DNA of 64,000 nucleotides from Gammaproteobacteria bacterium (GCA_050298595.1 JBNKUM010000107.1:1-64000); one strand, 5' to 3'. Shown: positions 21,042-33,525, numbered from the stretch's first letter. Numbers and translations are program-made. The notes: generated from the letters alone by a model not told the origin.

Positions 21042-22130
21042 TTAGCACTGTTGGAGGGTTTGATTTAACAGGTCGGTATCATAATCACCACTGATCATGG
21101 CCTTGCCGAGGTCATTGAGTAGCACGAGTTTGATAATACCCTGATCAACCTTCTTGTCAATCGACATAATGTTCATGTACTGATCTATAGTCATATCCTG
21201 AGGGGGGCGTACCGGTAGATTAGCCTGTTTCAGGAGTCTGGTGGTGCGGGATTGAACCTCTTTATTGATCCAGCCATGTCTTAGCGATAGATCCACCGCC
21301 ATTACCATCCCCGCCGCGACGGCTTCACCATGTAACCAGTTACCGTAACCCATGGCTGATTCGATGGCGTGACCAAAAGTGTGTCCGAGGTTGAGTATGG
21401 CCCTGATCCCTGATTCTTTTTCATCGATTGCGACAACATCAGCTTTAGTCTGGCAGGAGACAAGGATTGCCTGGCTGAGCAGTGCCACATCTTTTTGCAT
21501 GAGCCCCGCAATATTTTCTTCAAGCCAGTTGAAAAACTCCGCGTCATGAATCAATCCGTATTTGATGACTTCTGCCATACCTGCACTGAGTTCTCGATCA
21601 GGGAGTGTCATCAGCGTGTTGGTGTCGGCTATGACACATTGCGGTTGATAGAATGCACCAATCATATTCTTACCACGAGGATGGTTTACCCCGGTTTTAC
21701 CGCCAACGGATGAGTCGACCTGAGATAATAAGGTGGTCGGTATCTGTATAAAATTGACGCCACGTTGATATATCGCAGCGGCAAAGCCAGTTATGTCACC
21801 AATCACTCCACCACCCAGGGCAATTAAGGTGGTCTTTCTATCGTGCCTTTTGTCAATTAGAACATCGATAATGCGTTCTACGTTTGCTAGCGTTTTATAT
21901 TGTTCTCCATCTTCCAGGATTACTGTATCAAAACGGATCTGTTGTTTATTCAAGGTAGTTTCGACCTTGTGCAGATAAAGAGGGGCAACCGTTGTATTTG
22001 TTACGATCAGGGCGCTATTGCCGAGTATATGATCGCTTATAAGGGAGTGGCTATCCAGTAGTTGGTTACCGATAAAAATCGGATAACTGCGATCACCCAG
22101 GTCTACATTAAGTTGATGGAGTGCTGTCAT
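21042..22130 (-). CDS. aroB: 3-dehydroquinate synthase
   Basis: GGGVIGD, PTTLLSQVDSSVGGKTG, LNLGHTFGH. Confidence 0.99.
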   Translation of the reverse strand: MTALHQLNVDLGDRSYPIFIGNQLLDSHSLISDHILGNSALIVTNTTVAPLYLHKVETTLNKQQIRFDTVILEDGEQYKTLANVERIIDVLIDKRHDRKTTLIALGGGVIGDITGFAAAIYQRGVNFIQIPTTLLSQVDSSVGGKTGVNHPRGKNMIGAFYQPQCVIADTNTLMTLPDRELSAGMAEVIKYGLIHDAEFFNWLEENIAGLMQKDVALLSQAILVSCQTKADVVAIDEKESGIRAILNLGHTFGHAIESAMGYGNWLHGEAVAAGMVMAVDLSLRHGWINKEVQSRTTRLLKQANLPVRPPQDMTIDQYMNIMSIDKKVDQGIIKLVLLNDLGKAMISGDYDTDLLNQTLQQC

Positions 22131-22654
22131 GGTTGAGTTAGGAAGTCCGGTAATTTAGGTATGATTTCATTTGCAACGCGACGCGCATATTTACGGTCAG
22201 TCTGTATACGTAGGTCGGCAAGTTCCATGTATAGAGGTTTTCTTTCATTGAGTAACTTTTCTAACCGTTCACGAGGGTTCTCTGTGCGTAACAGGGGTCT
22301 TTTCTTATCGTGCTTTAATCTTTCCATCTGCTGATTGACCGAAGTATCCAGGAAGATGATAAAACCAGCAGATTTTAATAGTTCACGATTTTCTGGACGT
22401 GTCACCGATCCGCCTCCGGTGGCTAATACCAGGTTGGATCTTTCGGTTAGCTCTTTAATGGCTTTGGTTTCACGCAATCGAAAACCTTCCTCACCTTCCA
22501 CATCAAAGATGCAGGGGATATCTACCCCGGTTTTTTCTTCGATGTAGTAATCGCTATCAAAGAATTCACGGTGTAAGCGGTTAGCGAGCAGCTGGCCAAT
22601 GGTTGATTTTCCGGAACCCATGGGTCCAATCAGAATGATGTTGTTAGAGCTCAT
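22127..22654 (-). CDS. aroK: Shikimate kinase
   Basis: GPMGSGKSTIG, LATGGG, RPLL; start at ATG 22654. Confidence 0.98.
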   Translation of the reverse strand: MSSNNIILIGPMGSGKSTIGQLLANRLHREFFDSDYYIEEKTGVDIPCIFDVEGEEGFRLRETKAIKELTERSNLVLATGGGSVTRPENRELLKSAGFIIFLDTSVNQQMERLKHDKKRPLLRTENPRERLEKLLNERKPLYMELADLRIQTDRKYARRVANEIIPKLPDFLTQP

Positions 22655-22707
22655 GGGGTTTTTGATTGCAAATCCAGCGCGAATTTTAGATTTGCGGGTA
22701 ATGAAAT

Positions 22708-22743
22708 ACAAGCTCCCAAAGTATATATACTCTGGGAGCTTGT
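22708..22743 (-). terminator. Long hairpin after pilQ
   Basis: ACAAGCTCCCAAAGTATA/TATACTCTGGGAGCTTGT with one mismatch; weak U-tract. Confidence 0.55.
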
Positions 22744-22747
22744 TAAA

Positions 22748-24904
22748 TCATCTGATATCGAGGTTTGCACTCTGCAAAATTTTGGGGGTTACGAAGATCA
22801 GCAATTCAGAACGCTCATCTCTGTTTGAAGTAGTTTTAAACAGGTTGCCTATCAGAGGAAGGTCGCTGAAGAAAGGTACTCTTGTGACCTGGGTGGCTTG
22901 AGTGGTTTCATAAATACCACCTAGAACAACCGTTTGACCGTTATCTACTAACAACTGCGATTGTACTTCACGAGTGTCTATGGTGGGAGCTGAGAGGGCC
23001 CCGCTGAATTGAATATTTTCGCCACGAGAATCCTTATGCACTTCCAGGTCCATAATAATTCGATCATCTGGAGTGATCTGAGGTGTGGTTTCCAGTGAAA
23101 GTACAGCTTTTCTAAATTTAAGAGTTGCGGTGCCATCTTCAATTGTCAGGTATGGAATCTCTACGCCCTGCTCAATTCTAGCGGTATGTGAATCGGCAGT
23201 AATTACGCGTGGGCTGGATACAACTTCACCGCGTCCCTCGGTTTGGGCTGCGGATAACTCGAGCTCAAGTAAGGTACCTAAGGGCAATTTCGCTAGAGCT
23301 AAAGCGATAGATCCAGCGGGATTTTGTACGGGCATGTTGACATTCAAGGAGTCCGGAACAGTTAATGTGTCATTATTTATTAAATCGGCAGCCCCGTTTA
23401 GATTGCCTGTAGTGATCGCCCCGTCTCCGGTTGTCCCATTACGATAGCTATCGTTGCTGACACCAAAGCGCACCCCAAGCTCTTTACTGAAGTCATCGTT
23501 CGCTATGACAACCCTGGTTTCAATTAATACCTGTCGTACAGGAATGTCGAGCTCAGCAAGTAATTGTCGAACACTGGCTAGACTGCTGTTGGTATCTTTC
23601 ACTAATAGTGTGTTAGTACGAGCATCCACACTGACCGAGCCTCGTGAAGAAAGGATGGAATTGTTTTTCAGGTTGAGTAATTCAGCGATATCAGCAGCTT
23701 TAGCATAATTAACCTTGATAAATTCGGTACGTAATTGCTCTAACTCTTCAACTTGCTTACGAGCTTCGAGCTCAAGTTTTTCCCTTGCTGCTATCTCGTC
23801 GGTCGGAGCAACCAGAATGACGTTTCCAGCACGACGTTGAGCCAGTCCTTTTGTTTTCAGAATGATATCCATAGCCTGATCCCAGGGAACGTTTTTCAGT
23901 CGTAATGTGAGGTTTCCTTCAACTGAATCACTGACTACCAGATTCAGTCCAGTGAAATCAGCTAACAGCTGTAGTACTGAGCGGACTTCAATATCCTGAA
24001 AGTTGAGCGATAGTCTTTCACCGGTAAACCCAAACTTGTCTTTCTTGCGTTTCTCTTCTTCAGCTTTGGATATGGGTGCAACTTCTATGGTGTAGACCTG
24101 ATCTGTCTGGTAGGCCAGGTGTTCAAAATCACCGTTTGCTGTAATCGACATTTTGATCGATGAGCCATCCTGTACGGTATCGATAAAACTGATGGGTGTT
24201 GCGAAATCACTCACGTCAAGTCGACGTTGAAGTTCAGCTGGAAGCTGTGCACTGATAAATTCGACATTTATAGTTTCGTTATCACGATATACATCGGTGG
24301 AGATAGATGTACTGGTTAAATCGATAATAACTCGACCTTCACCGTTAGCACCACGTTTGAAATCTATATTGGTAATGCCCTTGGCCAGGGGGGCAATATT
24401 TTTACTCTCCGATATGGCTACAGGAGTAGTGCTTGCTTTTTTTGACGTTGCGAAAGCAGTGGCGGATTCGGAGTTATTTCCAGCCAGAGTCATGATCATT
24501 TGATTTCCGCTGACAGAAGTCGTGTAGTCTGTAGGGTTGCTAAGGTTTATAACCACGCGAGTTCTGCCTTTAGATGCTGCAGTCAGAATGGTTTGCAAAG
24601 TTCCAACACCTACACGAAATGAACGTTGCTTAAGCTGGTTTTCTGTATCAGAGAAATCAAGAGCAATTCGTGCGGGCTCATCAATGGTAAAAGACCTTGG
24701 TTCAATGGCGTCTTCATCAAAGGTGAACACCACTTGCACAGCGTTGCCTGTCATGACGGAATAATCTAGACCGACAAGATTTCTTGCCTGCGCCTGGCCC
24801 AGATTAAAAAGAATAACCAGAGCAAAAAGTAGTTTAGGTGTTTTCACGGATTTCAGAATTTTGAATGAGTTAAAAAATTTCATTGATGTATCCCCGTTAT
24901 TCAA
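22748..24904 (-). CDS. pilQ: Type IV pilus secretin
   Basis: AMIN domains, LSLNFQDIEVRSVLQLLADF, secretin C-terminus VPFFSDLPLIGNLFK..ELLIFVTPKI. Confidence 0.98.
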   Translation of the reverse strand: MNNGDTSMKFFNSFKILKSVKTPKLLFALVILFNLGQAQARNLVGLDYSVMTGNAVQVVFTFDEDAIEPRSFTIDEPARIALDFSDTENQLKQRSFRVGVGTLQTILTAASKGRTRVVINLSNPTDYTTSVSGNQMIMTLAGNNSESATAFATSKKASTTPVAISESKNIAPLAKGITNIDFKRGANGEGRVIIDLTSTSISTDVYRDNETINVEFISAQLPAELQRRLDVSDFATPISFIDTVQDGSSIKMSITANGDFEHLAYQTDQVYTIEVAPISKAEEEKRKKDKFGFTGERLSLNFQDIEVRSVLQLLADFTGLNLVVSDSVEGNLTLRLKNVPWDQAMDIILKTKGLAQRRAGNVILVAPTDEIAAREKLELEARKQVEELEQLRTEFIKVNYAKAADIAELLNLKNNSILSSRGSVSVDARTNTLLVKDTNSSLASVRQLLAELDIPVRQVLIETRVVIANDDFSKELGVRFGVSNDSYRNGTTGDGAITTGNLNGAADLINNDTLTVPDSLNVNMPVQNPAGSIALALAKLPLGTLLELELSAAQTEGRGEVVSSPRVITADSHTARIEQGVEIPYLTIEDGTATLKFRKAVLSLETTPQITPDDRIIMDLEVHKDSRGENIQFSGALSAPTIDTREVQSQLLVDNGQTVVLGGIYETTQATQVTRVPFFSDLPLIGNLFKTTSNRDERSELLIFVTPKILQSANLDIR

Positions 24905-25439
24905 TCAGCGCAATCGCTGCTGAACGTTCGATATAATTTCCCAGACCGTCTGGAACAATTTCTGTCAATTTTATTTCAACATCGCTTAGTGAAATAAGTC
25001 GACCATGGTTTTGCCCCATATAGTTGCCTACAAGGACACGGTGAATGGTGTTGTCTGGCGCGAAAATAAGGCCCCATTTTGTACCATCTTTGGTAACAGT
25101 CCCTTTAAATCTTAAGGTGTCTAATGGAAAGTCTTCAAGTGGCTCTCTGGGACGGTCTATATCGGGGCGTGGGCCGGTTGCATCAGCACTTATCGAGTCA
25201 TCAACCTGTTCAGGTCGTCTGAAGTCGACAAGCTTAAAAGGGTCGCGTAAATTTTGAGAGGTGTACTCAAAATTCTGATAGGGAACAAATGGCGGGATAG
25301 GTTCAACTCGGCCTGGTGGTTTCGCCTTTATTTGATCGACGAATTGTTGCAAATCACTCATACCCTGATTACAGGCACTGGTGCCAAAAATGACTAGCAG
25401 GGTGAAGCCAGCTTGTGCTGTTTTTCTGAAAGAGATCAT
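24897..25439 (-). CDS. pilP: Type IV pilus lipoprotein PilP
   Basis: Lipobox TSAC, LRDPF, REPLEDFPLD, GNYMGQNHG. Confidence 0.97.
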   Translation of the reverse strand: MISFRKTAQAGFTLLVIFGTSACNQGMSDLQQFVDQIKAKPPGRVEPIPPFVPYQNFEYTSQNLRDPFKLVDFRRPEQVDDSISADATGPRPDIDRPREPLEDFPLDTLRFKGTVTKDGTKWGLIFAPDNTIHRVLVGNYMGQNHGRLISLSDVEIKLTEIVPDGLGNYIERSAAIALIE

Positions 25440-26047
25440 TATTGTTCATCCTCTCTCAGGTAGCGATATGTTTTTGCAGTAGCTGTCATTTGCAGTTTAT
25501 CATCAGCCGGCTGCTGTTTAGTTCCCTTCTTCTGTTCCAGTTTTAAGTCATGCATGGTTACAATACGTGGCAATGCAGCCACACCGCTAATAAATGAGGC
25601 AAGATTGTGATAAGTCCCTGAAACCTCAAGTTCGATAGGTAGCTCAGCATAAAACCCCTTTTTTTCCTCGGCGCTTGGCTTGAATTTTTTAATTTCCAGT
25701 CCATTAGCAAGGGCAGTCTGACTAACGTCAACCAATAGTGATTCAACATCAGTTTTTTCCGGTAGTTGACGAAGTATGGCCTGGAATGATGCCTGCATTT
25801 CAGCAAGTTGCTCTTTATATAGATCCAGCTTCGCGGCCTGGTCAGCTTTTACACTGAACTCTGATTTTAATTCAATTTCTTTTTTTTCCACCTTTTTTAA
25901 ACTATCTAGCTGTTTGGTAGTATCAAAATATATTCCAGCAGCAATGATTAGCACAAAAATGATTGCTAGAAAACCATACTTGATTGTGTTGGAAGCATTG
26001 CCGAGATTATTAAAATCTAAATTATTTAACTCGTCTCTAATACTCAT
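25439..26047 (-). CDS. pilO: Type IV pilus protein PilO
   Basis: LRQLP, FYAELPI, LPRIVT; operon position. Confidence 0.97.
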   Translation of the reverse strand: MSIRDELNNLDFNNLGNASNTIKYGFLAIIFVLIIAAGIYFDTTKQLDSLKKVEKKEIELKSEFSVKADQAAKLDLYKEQLAEMQASFQAILRQLPEKTDVESLLVDVSQTALANGLEIKKFKPSAEEKKGFYAELPIELEVSGTYHNLASFISGVAALPRIVTMHDLKLEQKKGTKQQPADDKLQMTATAKTYRYLREDEQ

Positions 26048-26622
26048 TTTAGAGCTCCTTTTTTCGCTTCTTCTTCAGCGCTGGGAGATGTCTGTTTAAC
26101 ACTTAGTATGAAGGAGCTGATACGAGTTACCTTTTTATCTTCGATTTGAATCACGTCAAGATTAGGATCTTTTAACCAATCTGATGAATTCAGGTTGCGC
26201 ATATAACTTGAAACACGGGCATTAGATTCAGCTTCTCCGGTTAACTTCAGGCTGTTATTGCTCTGTACAAGAGTTTTCAGATAGACGCCATTGGGGACGG
26301 TGGTAACAAGATCGGTAAACAGGTGAACAATAGAGGGTCTACTGGCTTGCAGGTCCTGAATTACCTCCATCCGTTCTACCAGGCTTTTACGTACTTTCTG
26401 TAGTTCACGGATTTCCGCAATCTCATTATCCAGTTTGGATATTTCACTGGACAAAAACTGGTTGCGACTTTTTTGATAGTCAATTTTTGCGTTCATTTGA
26501 AAGTGAATCAGCCCTACAATGGCTGCACCTAGTGCTATGCTAAGAACTAGCATCGTCATGAATTGCTTTTGCCGTTCCTGTCGTAATTCTTCGCGCCAGG
26601 GTAGTAAATTTATGCGCGTCAT
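26044..26622 (-). CDS. pilN: Type IV pilus protein PilN
   Basis: RINLLPWREE; AESNARVSSYMRNL. Confidence 0.98.
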   Translation of the reverse strand: MTRINLLPWREELRQERQKQFMTMLVLSIALGAAIVGLIHFQMNAKIDYQKSRNQFLSSEISKLDNEIAEIRELQKVRKSLVERMEVIQDLQASRPSIVHLFTDLVTTVPNGVYLKTLVQSNNSLKLTGEAESNARVSSYMRNLNSSDWLKDPNLDVIQIEDKKVTRISSFILSVKQTSPSAEEEAKKGALK

Positions 26623-27686
26623 AAGTGTTCAGCTCCCCTGATGGCGAGCCCTGCGGCTATTAGAAAAGATGGACCATCAGCTTGAAGATTGGCTTTGTTA
26701 ATTTTGCTGCTAGTGGACATATTTTGAAAAGGGTTCGCTATCGTGGTTGGAACGCCGATATGTGATTCGGTTAATTCGGCTAAATCGGGCAAAGAGGCAC
26801 TCCCGCCGCCGAGTATTAATTGATCAATGTTGCCGATTGAACCACCTGCTGAATAGAAAAATTGCAAAAATCGACTGACCTGTTGTGCTGTGGTTTCTTT
26901 AAAAGGTTCTAGCACTTCAGGTTCGTAATTATCTGGTAGACCACCCTGGCGTTTAGCAAGACCTGCTTCATCGTAGGAAAGACCGTAGCGGCGCATAATC
27001 TCTTCTGTGAGTTGTTTGCCACCAAAGTTCTGTTCGCGAGTATATATCAATTGATGATTATGGATGACACTCAAGCTGGTCATTGTGGCTCCAATATCAA
27101 CAATACCCACAGTTTGATCATTTCCCTGATCGGGTAAGCTGGCAGACAGGATCTGGAATACGGTTTCTATGGTGTAGGCTTCTATATCAACAATCTTTGG
27201 TGTTAAACCGGCCAGTTCGACTGCTGCGATGCGGTTATCAACATTCTCGCTACGGCAGGCAGCAAGAAGAACGTCTACGGTCTCAGAATTGTCTTCAGTT
27301 TCACCTAATATCTGGAAGTCGAGATTTACTTCTTCAAGGGGGTAAGGAATGTATTGATCAGCTTCTAGCTGGATCTGGCCTTCCATTTCCTCATCATCTA
27401 AATTTGCAGGCATGGTAATTTTTTTGGTGATCACAGAGGAACCAGCGACGGCAATTGCACAATATTTTGATTTTACTTTTGACTTGTGCAGCGCACGCTT
27501 TACACTCTCACCGACAGCTTCAACTTCGGCTACGTTTTTATCCAACATGCTATTCGCTGGAAGAGGCTCAACAGCGATTCCTTCGATTCGATAGCTCGAT
27601 CCAGACTTGCTGAGCTCAAGCAACTTGACCGATGTGGAGCTGATATCGATACCGACTAAAGGCGGCTTTTTGGGTGTTAAAAACAC
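26619..27686 (-). CDS. pilM: Type IV pilus protein PilM
   Basis: GIDISSTSVKLLELS, YIPYPLEEV, VDIGA actin-like fold. Confidence 0.98.
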   Translation of the reverse strand: MFLTPKKPPLVGIDISSTSVKLLELSKSGSSYRIEGIAVEPLPANSMLDKNVAEVEAVGESVKRALHKSKVKSKYCAIAVAGSSVITKKITMPANLDDEEMEGQIQLEADQYIPYPLEEVNLDFQILGETEDNSETVDVLLAACRSENVDNRIAAVELAGLTPKIVDIEAYTIETVFQILSASLPDQGNDQTVGIVDIGATMTSLSVIHNHQLIYTREQNFGGKQLTEEIMRRYGLSYDEAGLAKRQGGLPDNYEPEVLEPFKETTAQQVSRFLQFFYSAGGSIGNIDQLILGGGSASLPDLAELTESHIGVPTTIANPFQNMSTSSKINKANLQADGPSFLIAAGLAIRGAEHL

Positions 27687-27858
27687 AGGAGTACCTCGGT
27701 TGTGACTGTGTTCAAGAATGTTAATAATAAATCACATTAACATCTACTTGTAAGTGCATATTTTGTTAAATTATTCTTAAACCATGTCAAAGTCTAGTAG
27801 AAGATTTTCTTCTTGTCGATATTTTTCATGTGATAGCTTATAAATATACCGTAACTTT

Positions 27859-30333
27859 ATGAAAATTATAGTAAAAGTTTTAGCGGCAATGTTTGCCGCA
27901 GGTTTGCTCCTGTTTATCGCAGGAATCCTGTTTATATTTTTGGTGTTAGTGCCTGAGTTGCCCCCAATAGATAATCTGGAGGATGCCGAGCTTCAGGTGC
28001 CACTGCGTATCTTCGATAAAAATGAATTCTTACTAGCTGAATATGGTGAGCATAGACGAATTCCTGTCAAATATGAGGATATCCCAAAAAAAATTGAGCA
28101 GGCATTTCTGGCAGCCGAGGATGATCAGTTTTGGGAGCATGCTGGAGTCGACCCTCTGGCCTTGATGGCTGCTGCATTCGAGCTGGTTACTACGGGTAAC
28201 AAGTCTCGCGGCGGAAGTACCATAACCATGCAGGTTGCTCGGAATTTCTTTCTAAGTACTGAAAAAACCTATAGTCGTAAGCTGAATGAGATCTTACTGG
28301 CGCTTAAAATTGAAAAGGATCTGGATAAAAAAACCATTCTGGAGTTATATCTAAATAAAATTTATCTGGGTAAGCGAGCTTATGGCGTAGTAGCAGCAGC
28401 TCAGGTCTATTATGGTAAAACTCTGGAAGAATTAACATTAGCTCAAACTGCAATGATAGCGGGCCTGCCAAAGGCTCCTTCACGTTATAACCCGATTATC
28501 AATCCTGATAGAGCGCTAATTCGTCGTGACCATATCATACGTCGCATGAGTCAATTGGGTTTCATCAATGAGGAAGAATATCAGACGGCAAGAGCTGAAC
28601 CGGTCACTGCAGAGTTACATAATCTGGAGATCAGTGCTGACGCGCGTTATGTTACCGAGATGGTTCGAGCTGATGTGTATGAAACCTATGGTGAGGATGC
28701 ATATAAAGCAGGCTTGAAGGTTTATACCACTATAGATGATCGTTTGCAGCGAACTGCGAATACTGCATTGCGTGATGCATTGCTCGCCTATGACCGGCGG
28801 CATGGGTATCGAGGAGTTGAAGGTAAAATTGATCTGGCTTTAGTGAATCAGGATCCATTTGAAGAGGGACTTGTTGAGGCTGCTACAATTGGGAATCTTA
28901 CCCGAGCTGTAGTTAAAGCTGTTGAAGATGACAAAATACAGGTTTATCTACCTGATTTTCGTCAGGTTGATATTCCTTTTGCGGAGGCTATTGACTGGGC
29001 ACGACCTTTTGTAAATGAAAACGCAACAGGGCACGCGCTGAAAAAACCGGCGGATGTGTTAAATGCTGGAGACCTGATCTGGGTTGAGCAGAAAGAGAGT
29101 GGCTGGTGGTTAGCTGAAGTGCCAAAGGTTCAGGGAGCTTTAGTCTCAATTAATCCATCAAATGGCGCTATCCAGTCGCTGGTTGGTGGTTTCGATTATT
29201 TCCACCATAAATTCAATCGCGCTTTTCAGGCAAAGCGTCAACCAGGATCTAACTTTAAGCCTTTTATCTATTCAGCCGCTCTGGAAAAGGGATTGACTGC
29301 AGCCAGTATTATTAATGATGCCCCAGTGGTTTTCGATGATGACTCACTGGAAGCAACCTGGCGACCTGAAAATTATTCAGGCAAGTTTTATGGCCCTACC
29401 CGGTTGAGGGAGGCGTTAGTAAAATCACGTAATCTTGTTTCTATCAGGATACTTCAGTCCATAGGTCTGCGCTATGCAACAGCTTATGCTCAAAGATTTG
29501 GATTTGAAAAGAAGGATATGCCCTATGATTTATCTCTGGCTCTGGGTAGTGGCGCTTTTTCACCCCTTGAAATAGTGCGCTCTTATGCGGTTTTTGCAAA
29601 TGGAGGGTATCTGGTTAAGCCTTACTATATTGATCGGATAGAGTCCAGTGATGGTGAAGTGTTGTTTCAGCAGCAGCCATTAGTCGTTTGCCAGGACTGT
29701 AAAGTTGTTGCGGCTGAAGACAGGCTGGAAACTGAAACAGCTGAAGATCAAACACCGCAGCAGCCTTCTGAGATTCAGGAGCAGGCTGTAGAAGAAGCGT
29801 TGCCAGTAATTGAATATGCACCTCGAGTAATTACTGCGCAGAATGCCTTTATCATGAGAAACATCCTTAGAGAGGTTGTACAGCGGGGCACTGCAGTCCG
29901 TGCGAAAGTGTTAGGCAGGATGGATATCGCTGGTAAAACAGGCACTACGAATGATCAGAAAGATGCCTGGTTCAGTGGGTTTAACGATCAGGTAGTGACT
30001 ACTGCATGGGTTGGTTTTGACGACCAGAAGCCGTTGGGTGTTCGAGAGACTGGTGGTAGAGCCGCCTTACCCATGTGGATTGACTACATGCGTGAAGCCT
30101 TGAAAGGTTTGCCGGTGAATCCTGAAGAGCAGCCAGAAAATATTGTAACCGTACGAGTGGATTCAGATACAGGAGAACGTGCGACGGAGAATTCCAGGAG
30201 GACATATTTTGAGATCTTTACAGTAGGTACTGAACCTAAAGAATATGCTGCCGGGTCGATGAATAGTGCTGGAGCTAACCCTGTATCTCAGGGAAGCGTT
30301 CAGGAAGAGAATGTTGAAAATGAGATATTCTAG
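27859..30333 (+). CDS. mrcA: Penicillin-binding protein 1A
   Basis: AAED, GGSTITMQVARN, RKLNE; QPGSNFKP, KSRN, GKTGT; divergent from pilM. Confidence 0.98.
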   Translation: MKIIVKVLAAMFAAGLLLFIAGILFIFLVLVPELPPIDNLEDAELQVPLRIFDKNEFLLAEYGEHRRIPVKYEDIPKKIEQAFLAAEDDQFWEHAGVDPLALMAAAFELVTTGNKSRGGSTITMQVARNFFLSTEKTYSRKLNEILLALKIEKDLDKKTILELYLNKIYLGKRAYGVVAAAQVYYGKTLEELTLAQTAMIAGLPKAPSRYNPIINPDRALIRRDHIIRRMSQLGFINEEEYQTARAEPVTAELHNLEISADARYVTEMVRADVYETYGEDAYKAGLKVYTTIDDRLQRTANTALRDALLAYDRRHGYRGVEGKIDLALVNQDPFEEGLVEAATIGNLTRAVVKAVEDDKIQVYLPDFRQVDIPFAEAIDWARPFVNENATGHALKKPADVLNAGDLIWVEQKESGWWLAEVPKVQGALVSINPSNGAIQSLVGGFDYFHHKFNRAFQAKRQPGSNFKPFIYSAALEKGLTAASIINDAPVVFDDDSLEATWRPENYSGKFYGPTRLREALVKSRNLVSIRILQSIGLRYATAYAQRFGFEKKDMPYDLSLALGSGAFSPLEIVRSYAVFANGGYLVKPYYIDRIESSDGEVLFQQQPLVVCQDCKVVAAEDRLETETAEDQTPQQPSEIQEQAVEEALPVIEYAPRVITAQNAFIMRNILREVVQRGTAVRAKVLGRMDIAGKTGTTNDQKDAWFSGFNDQVVTTAWVGFDDQKPLGVRETGGRAALPMWIDYMREALKGLPVNPEEQPENIVTVRVDSDTGERATENSRRTYFEIFTVGTEPKEYAAGSMNSAGANPVSQGSVQEENVENEIF

Positions 30334-30492
30334 GAGCCTGTCGGATTTAGGGTGAATCTACTGTGGAAAAGGTATTTTGGTCAGGTTTTCGGATCATTTT
30401 CGTTAAATAGGCTCGCTATTCGTCTCAAAAGATCGAAATGTTTGACTCAAAATGCCATTCCCTCGCAACAATCACCTTACCCCGTCAGGCTC
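30334..30492. mobile_element. MITE-like palindromic element (IS5-like ends)
   Basis: GAGCCTGTCGG..CCGTCAGGCTC ends flanked by CTAG/CTGG; imperfect self-complementarity throughout. Confidence 0.65.
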
Positions 30493-30504
30493 CTGGAAAA
30501 ATGT

Positions 30505-30538
30505 AAAATAAATTGCCGCTCAATAAGCGGCAATTTTT
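30505..30538. terminator. Bidirectional intrinsic terminator between mrcA and hemE
   Basis: AAATTGCCGCT-caata-AGCGGCAATTT with A/T tracts on both sides. Confidence 0.8.
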
Positions 30539-30546
30539 CAGGATGT

Positions 30547-31617
30547 TTATGCGCGAATAGCTCGACCAAACTCATGTACGGCGTCAACTAGCACCTTGAG
30601 GTTGTCAGGGTTGACTGTCTGATGAATGCCATGGCCAAGATTAAAAACATGCCCATTGTTAGGTCCAAACTTCTCAATCAACTGTTTTACCTGAGCGCGT
30701 ATTTCATCAGGCTCAGCATATAAGACATTGGGGTCTAGATTGCCCTGTAATGCCACCTTGCTACCCACTCTCTGACGTGCCTCATCGATTGAAATAGTCC
30801 AGTCAAGACCAACAGCATCGCATCCTGTGGCCGCTGTTAATTCAATCCATTGCCCGCCGCCTTTGGTGAATAAGGTTACCGGGATGGTTTTTCCATCCTG
30901 TTTGGTATTCAACTGTTCAACGATTTGCTGCATATAGCGCAATGAAAATTCCTGATAGGCTTCAGGGGTTAATACACCGCCCCAGGTATCGAAAATCATA
31001 AGCGATTGCGCGCCTGCTTCAATTTGAGCATTTAGATAGCTAACCACGGATTGTGCAGTAATATCCAGAACCCTGTGCAGTGATTTTGGTGCTCCATAAA
31101 GCATCCCTTTTGAATGGTGATAATCCTTTGAGCTGCCGCCTTCAATCATATAAGTGGCCAGAGTCCAGGGGCTGCCGCTGAATCCAATGAGCGGTACCTG
31201 TCCATCGAGTTCGTTACGGATTAAGGTAACCGCATCAGTAACGTAACGCAGGGAGTCGGCGGGGTCGGGTACAAATAATTGATCGATGTCGGCCTGAATA
31301 CGGATAGGGCGCTCAAACTTGGGGCCTTCACCTTCGCTAAAATATAGACCGAGATTCATTGCGTCCGGGATAGTCAAGATGTCGGAAAACAAAATAGCGG
31401 CGTCTAGCTCAAACCTGCGTAGCGGCTGTAGAGTCACTTCGCAGGCAAGCTCGGGTGTTTTGCATAAATCGAGAAAGCTTCCGGCCTGTTTTCGAGTTGC
31501 TTTGTATTCTGGCAGGTAGCGTCCAGCCTGACGCATAATCCAGACGGGGGTAGTATCGACATCCTGTTTGAGTAAGGCTTTCAGGTAACGATCATTTTTT
31601 AGTTCAGGAAATCCCAT
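30547..31617 (-). CDS. hemE: Uroporphyrinogen decarboxylase
   Basis: [29 protein letters not shown]. Confidence 0.99.
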   Translation of the reverse strand: MGFPELKNDRYLKALLKQDVDTTPVWIMRQAGRYLPEYKATRKQAGSFLDLCKTPELACEVTLQPLRRFELDAAILFSDILTIPDAMNLGLYFSEGEGPKFERPIRIQADIDQLFVPDPADSLRYVTDAVTLIRNELDGQVPLIGFSGSPWTLATYMIEGGSSKDYHHSKGMLYGAPKSLHRVLDITAQSVVSYLNAQIEAGAQSLMIFDTWGGVLTPEAYQEFSLRYMQQIVEQLNTKQDGKTIPVTLFTKGGGQWIELTAATGCDAVGLDWTISIDEARQRVGSKVALQGNLDPNVLYAEPDEIRAQVKQLIEKFGPNNGHVFNLGHGIHQTVNPDNLKVLVDAVHEFGRAIRA

Positions 31618-31620
31618 TTT

Positions 31621-33039
<1,419 letters not shown>

Positions 33040-33055
33040 TTAATTGACCTGAGGG

Positions 33056-33514
33056 TTAATTTGCACTTAGCATGTTTTTGATTTGCTGACTGACTAACCC
33101 CATATCGGCGCGGCCAGTTAATTTGGGTTTTAGAATTCCCATTACCTGACCCATTTGCTTCATTTCAGTAGCACCAGTTTGAGCGATTGCATCCGAGATC
33201 ATTTGTGTGACCTCAGCTTCTGATAAGGCAGCAGGTAGATATTGCTGAATCAATTCCAGTTCAGATTGTTCAATAGCAATCAGATCGTCACGCCCGGCTT
33301 TTTCAAACTGGCTGATTGATTCACGGCGTTGCTTGACCATTTTGTCCAGCACCGCAGTGACTCTGGCATCATCCAGTTCTATGCGTTCGTCAACTTCAAT
33401 CTGTTTTATTGCTGATAACATCAATCTGATTACAGCCAGACGCGGCTTATCAGCACTTTTCATGCTGGCTTTCATGTCCGATTGAAGTTGTTGCTTGAGA
33501 GCGCAGTCGGTCAT
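33056..33514 (-). CDS. yqeY: GatB/YqeY domain protein
   Basis: KMVKQRRESISQF, MGQVMGILKPKLTGRADMG; follows rpsU. Confidence 0.95.
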   Translation of the reverse strand: MTDCALKQQLQSDMKASMKSADKPRLAVIRLMLSAIKQIEVDERIELDDARVTAVLDKMVKQRRESISQFEKAGRDDLIAIEQSELELIQQYLPAALSEAEVTQMISDAIAQTGATEMKQMGQVMGILKPKLTGRADMGLVSQQIKNMLSAN

Positions 33515-33525
33515 ACTAGGGCCTC

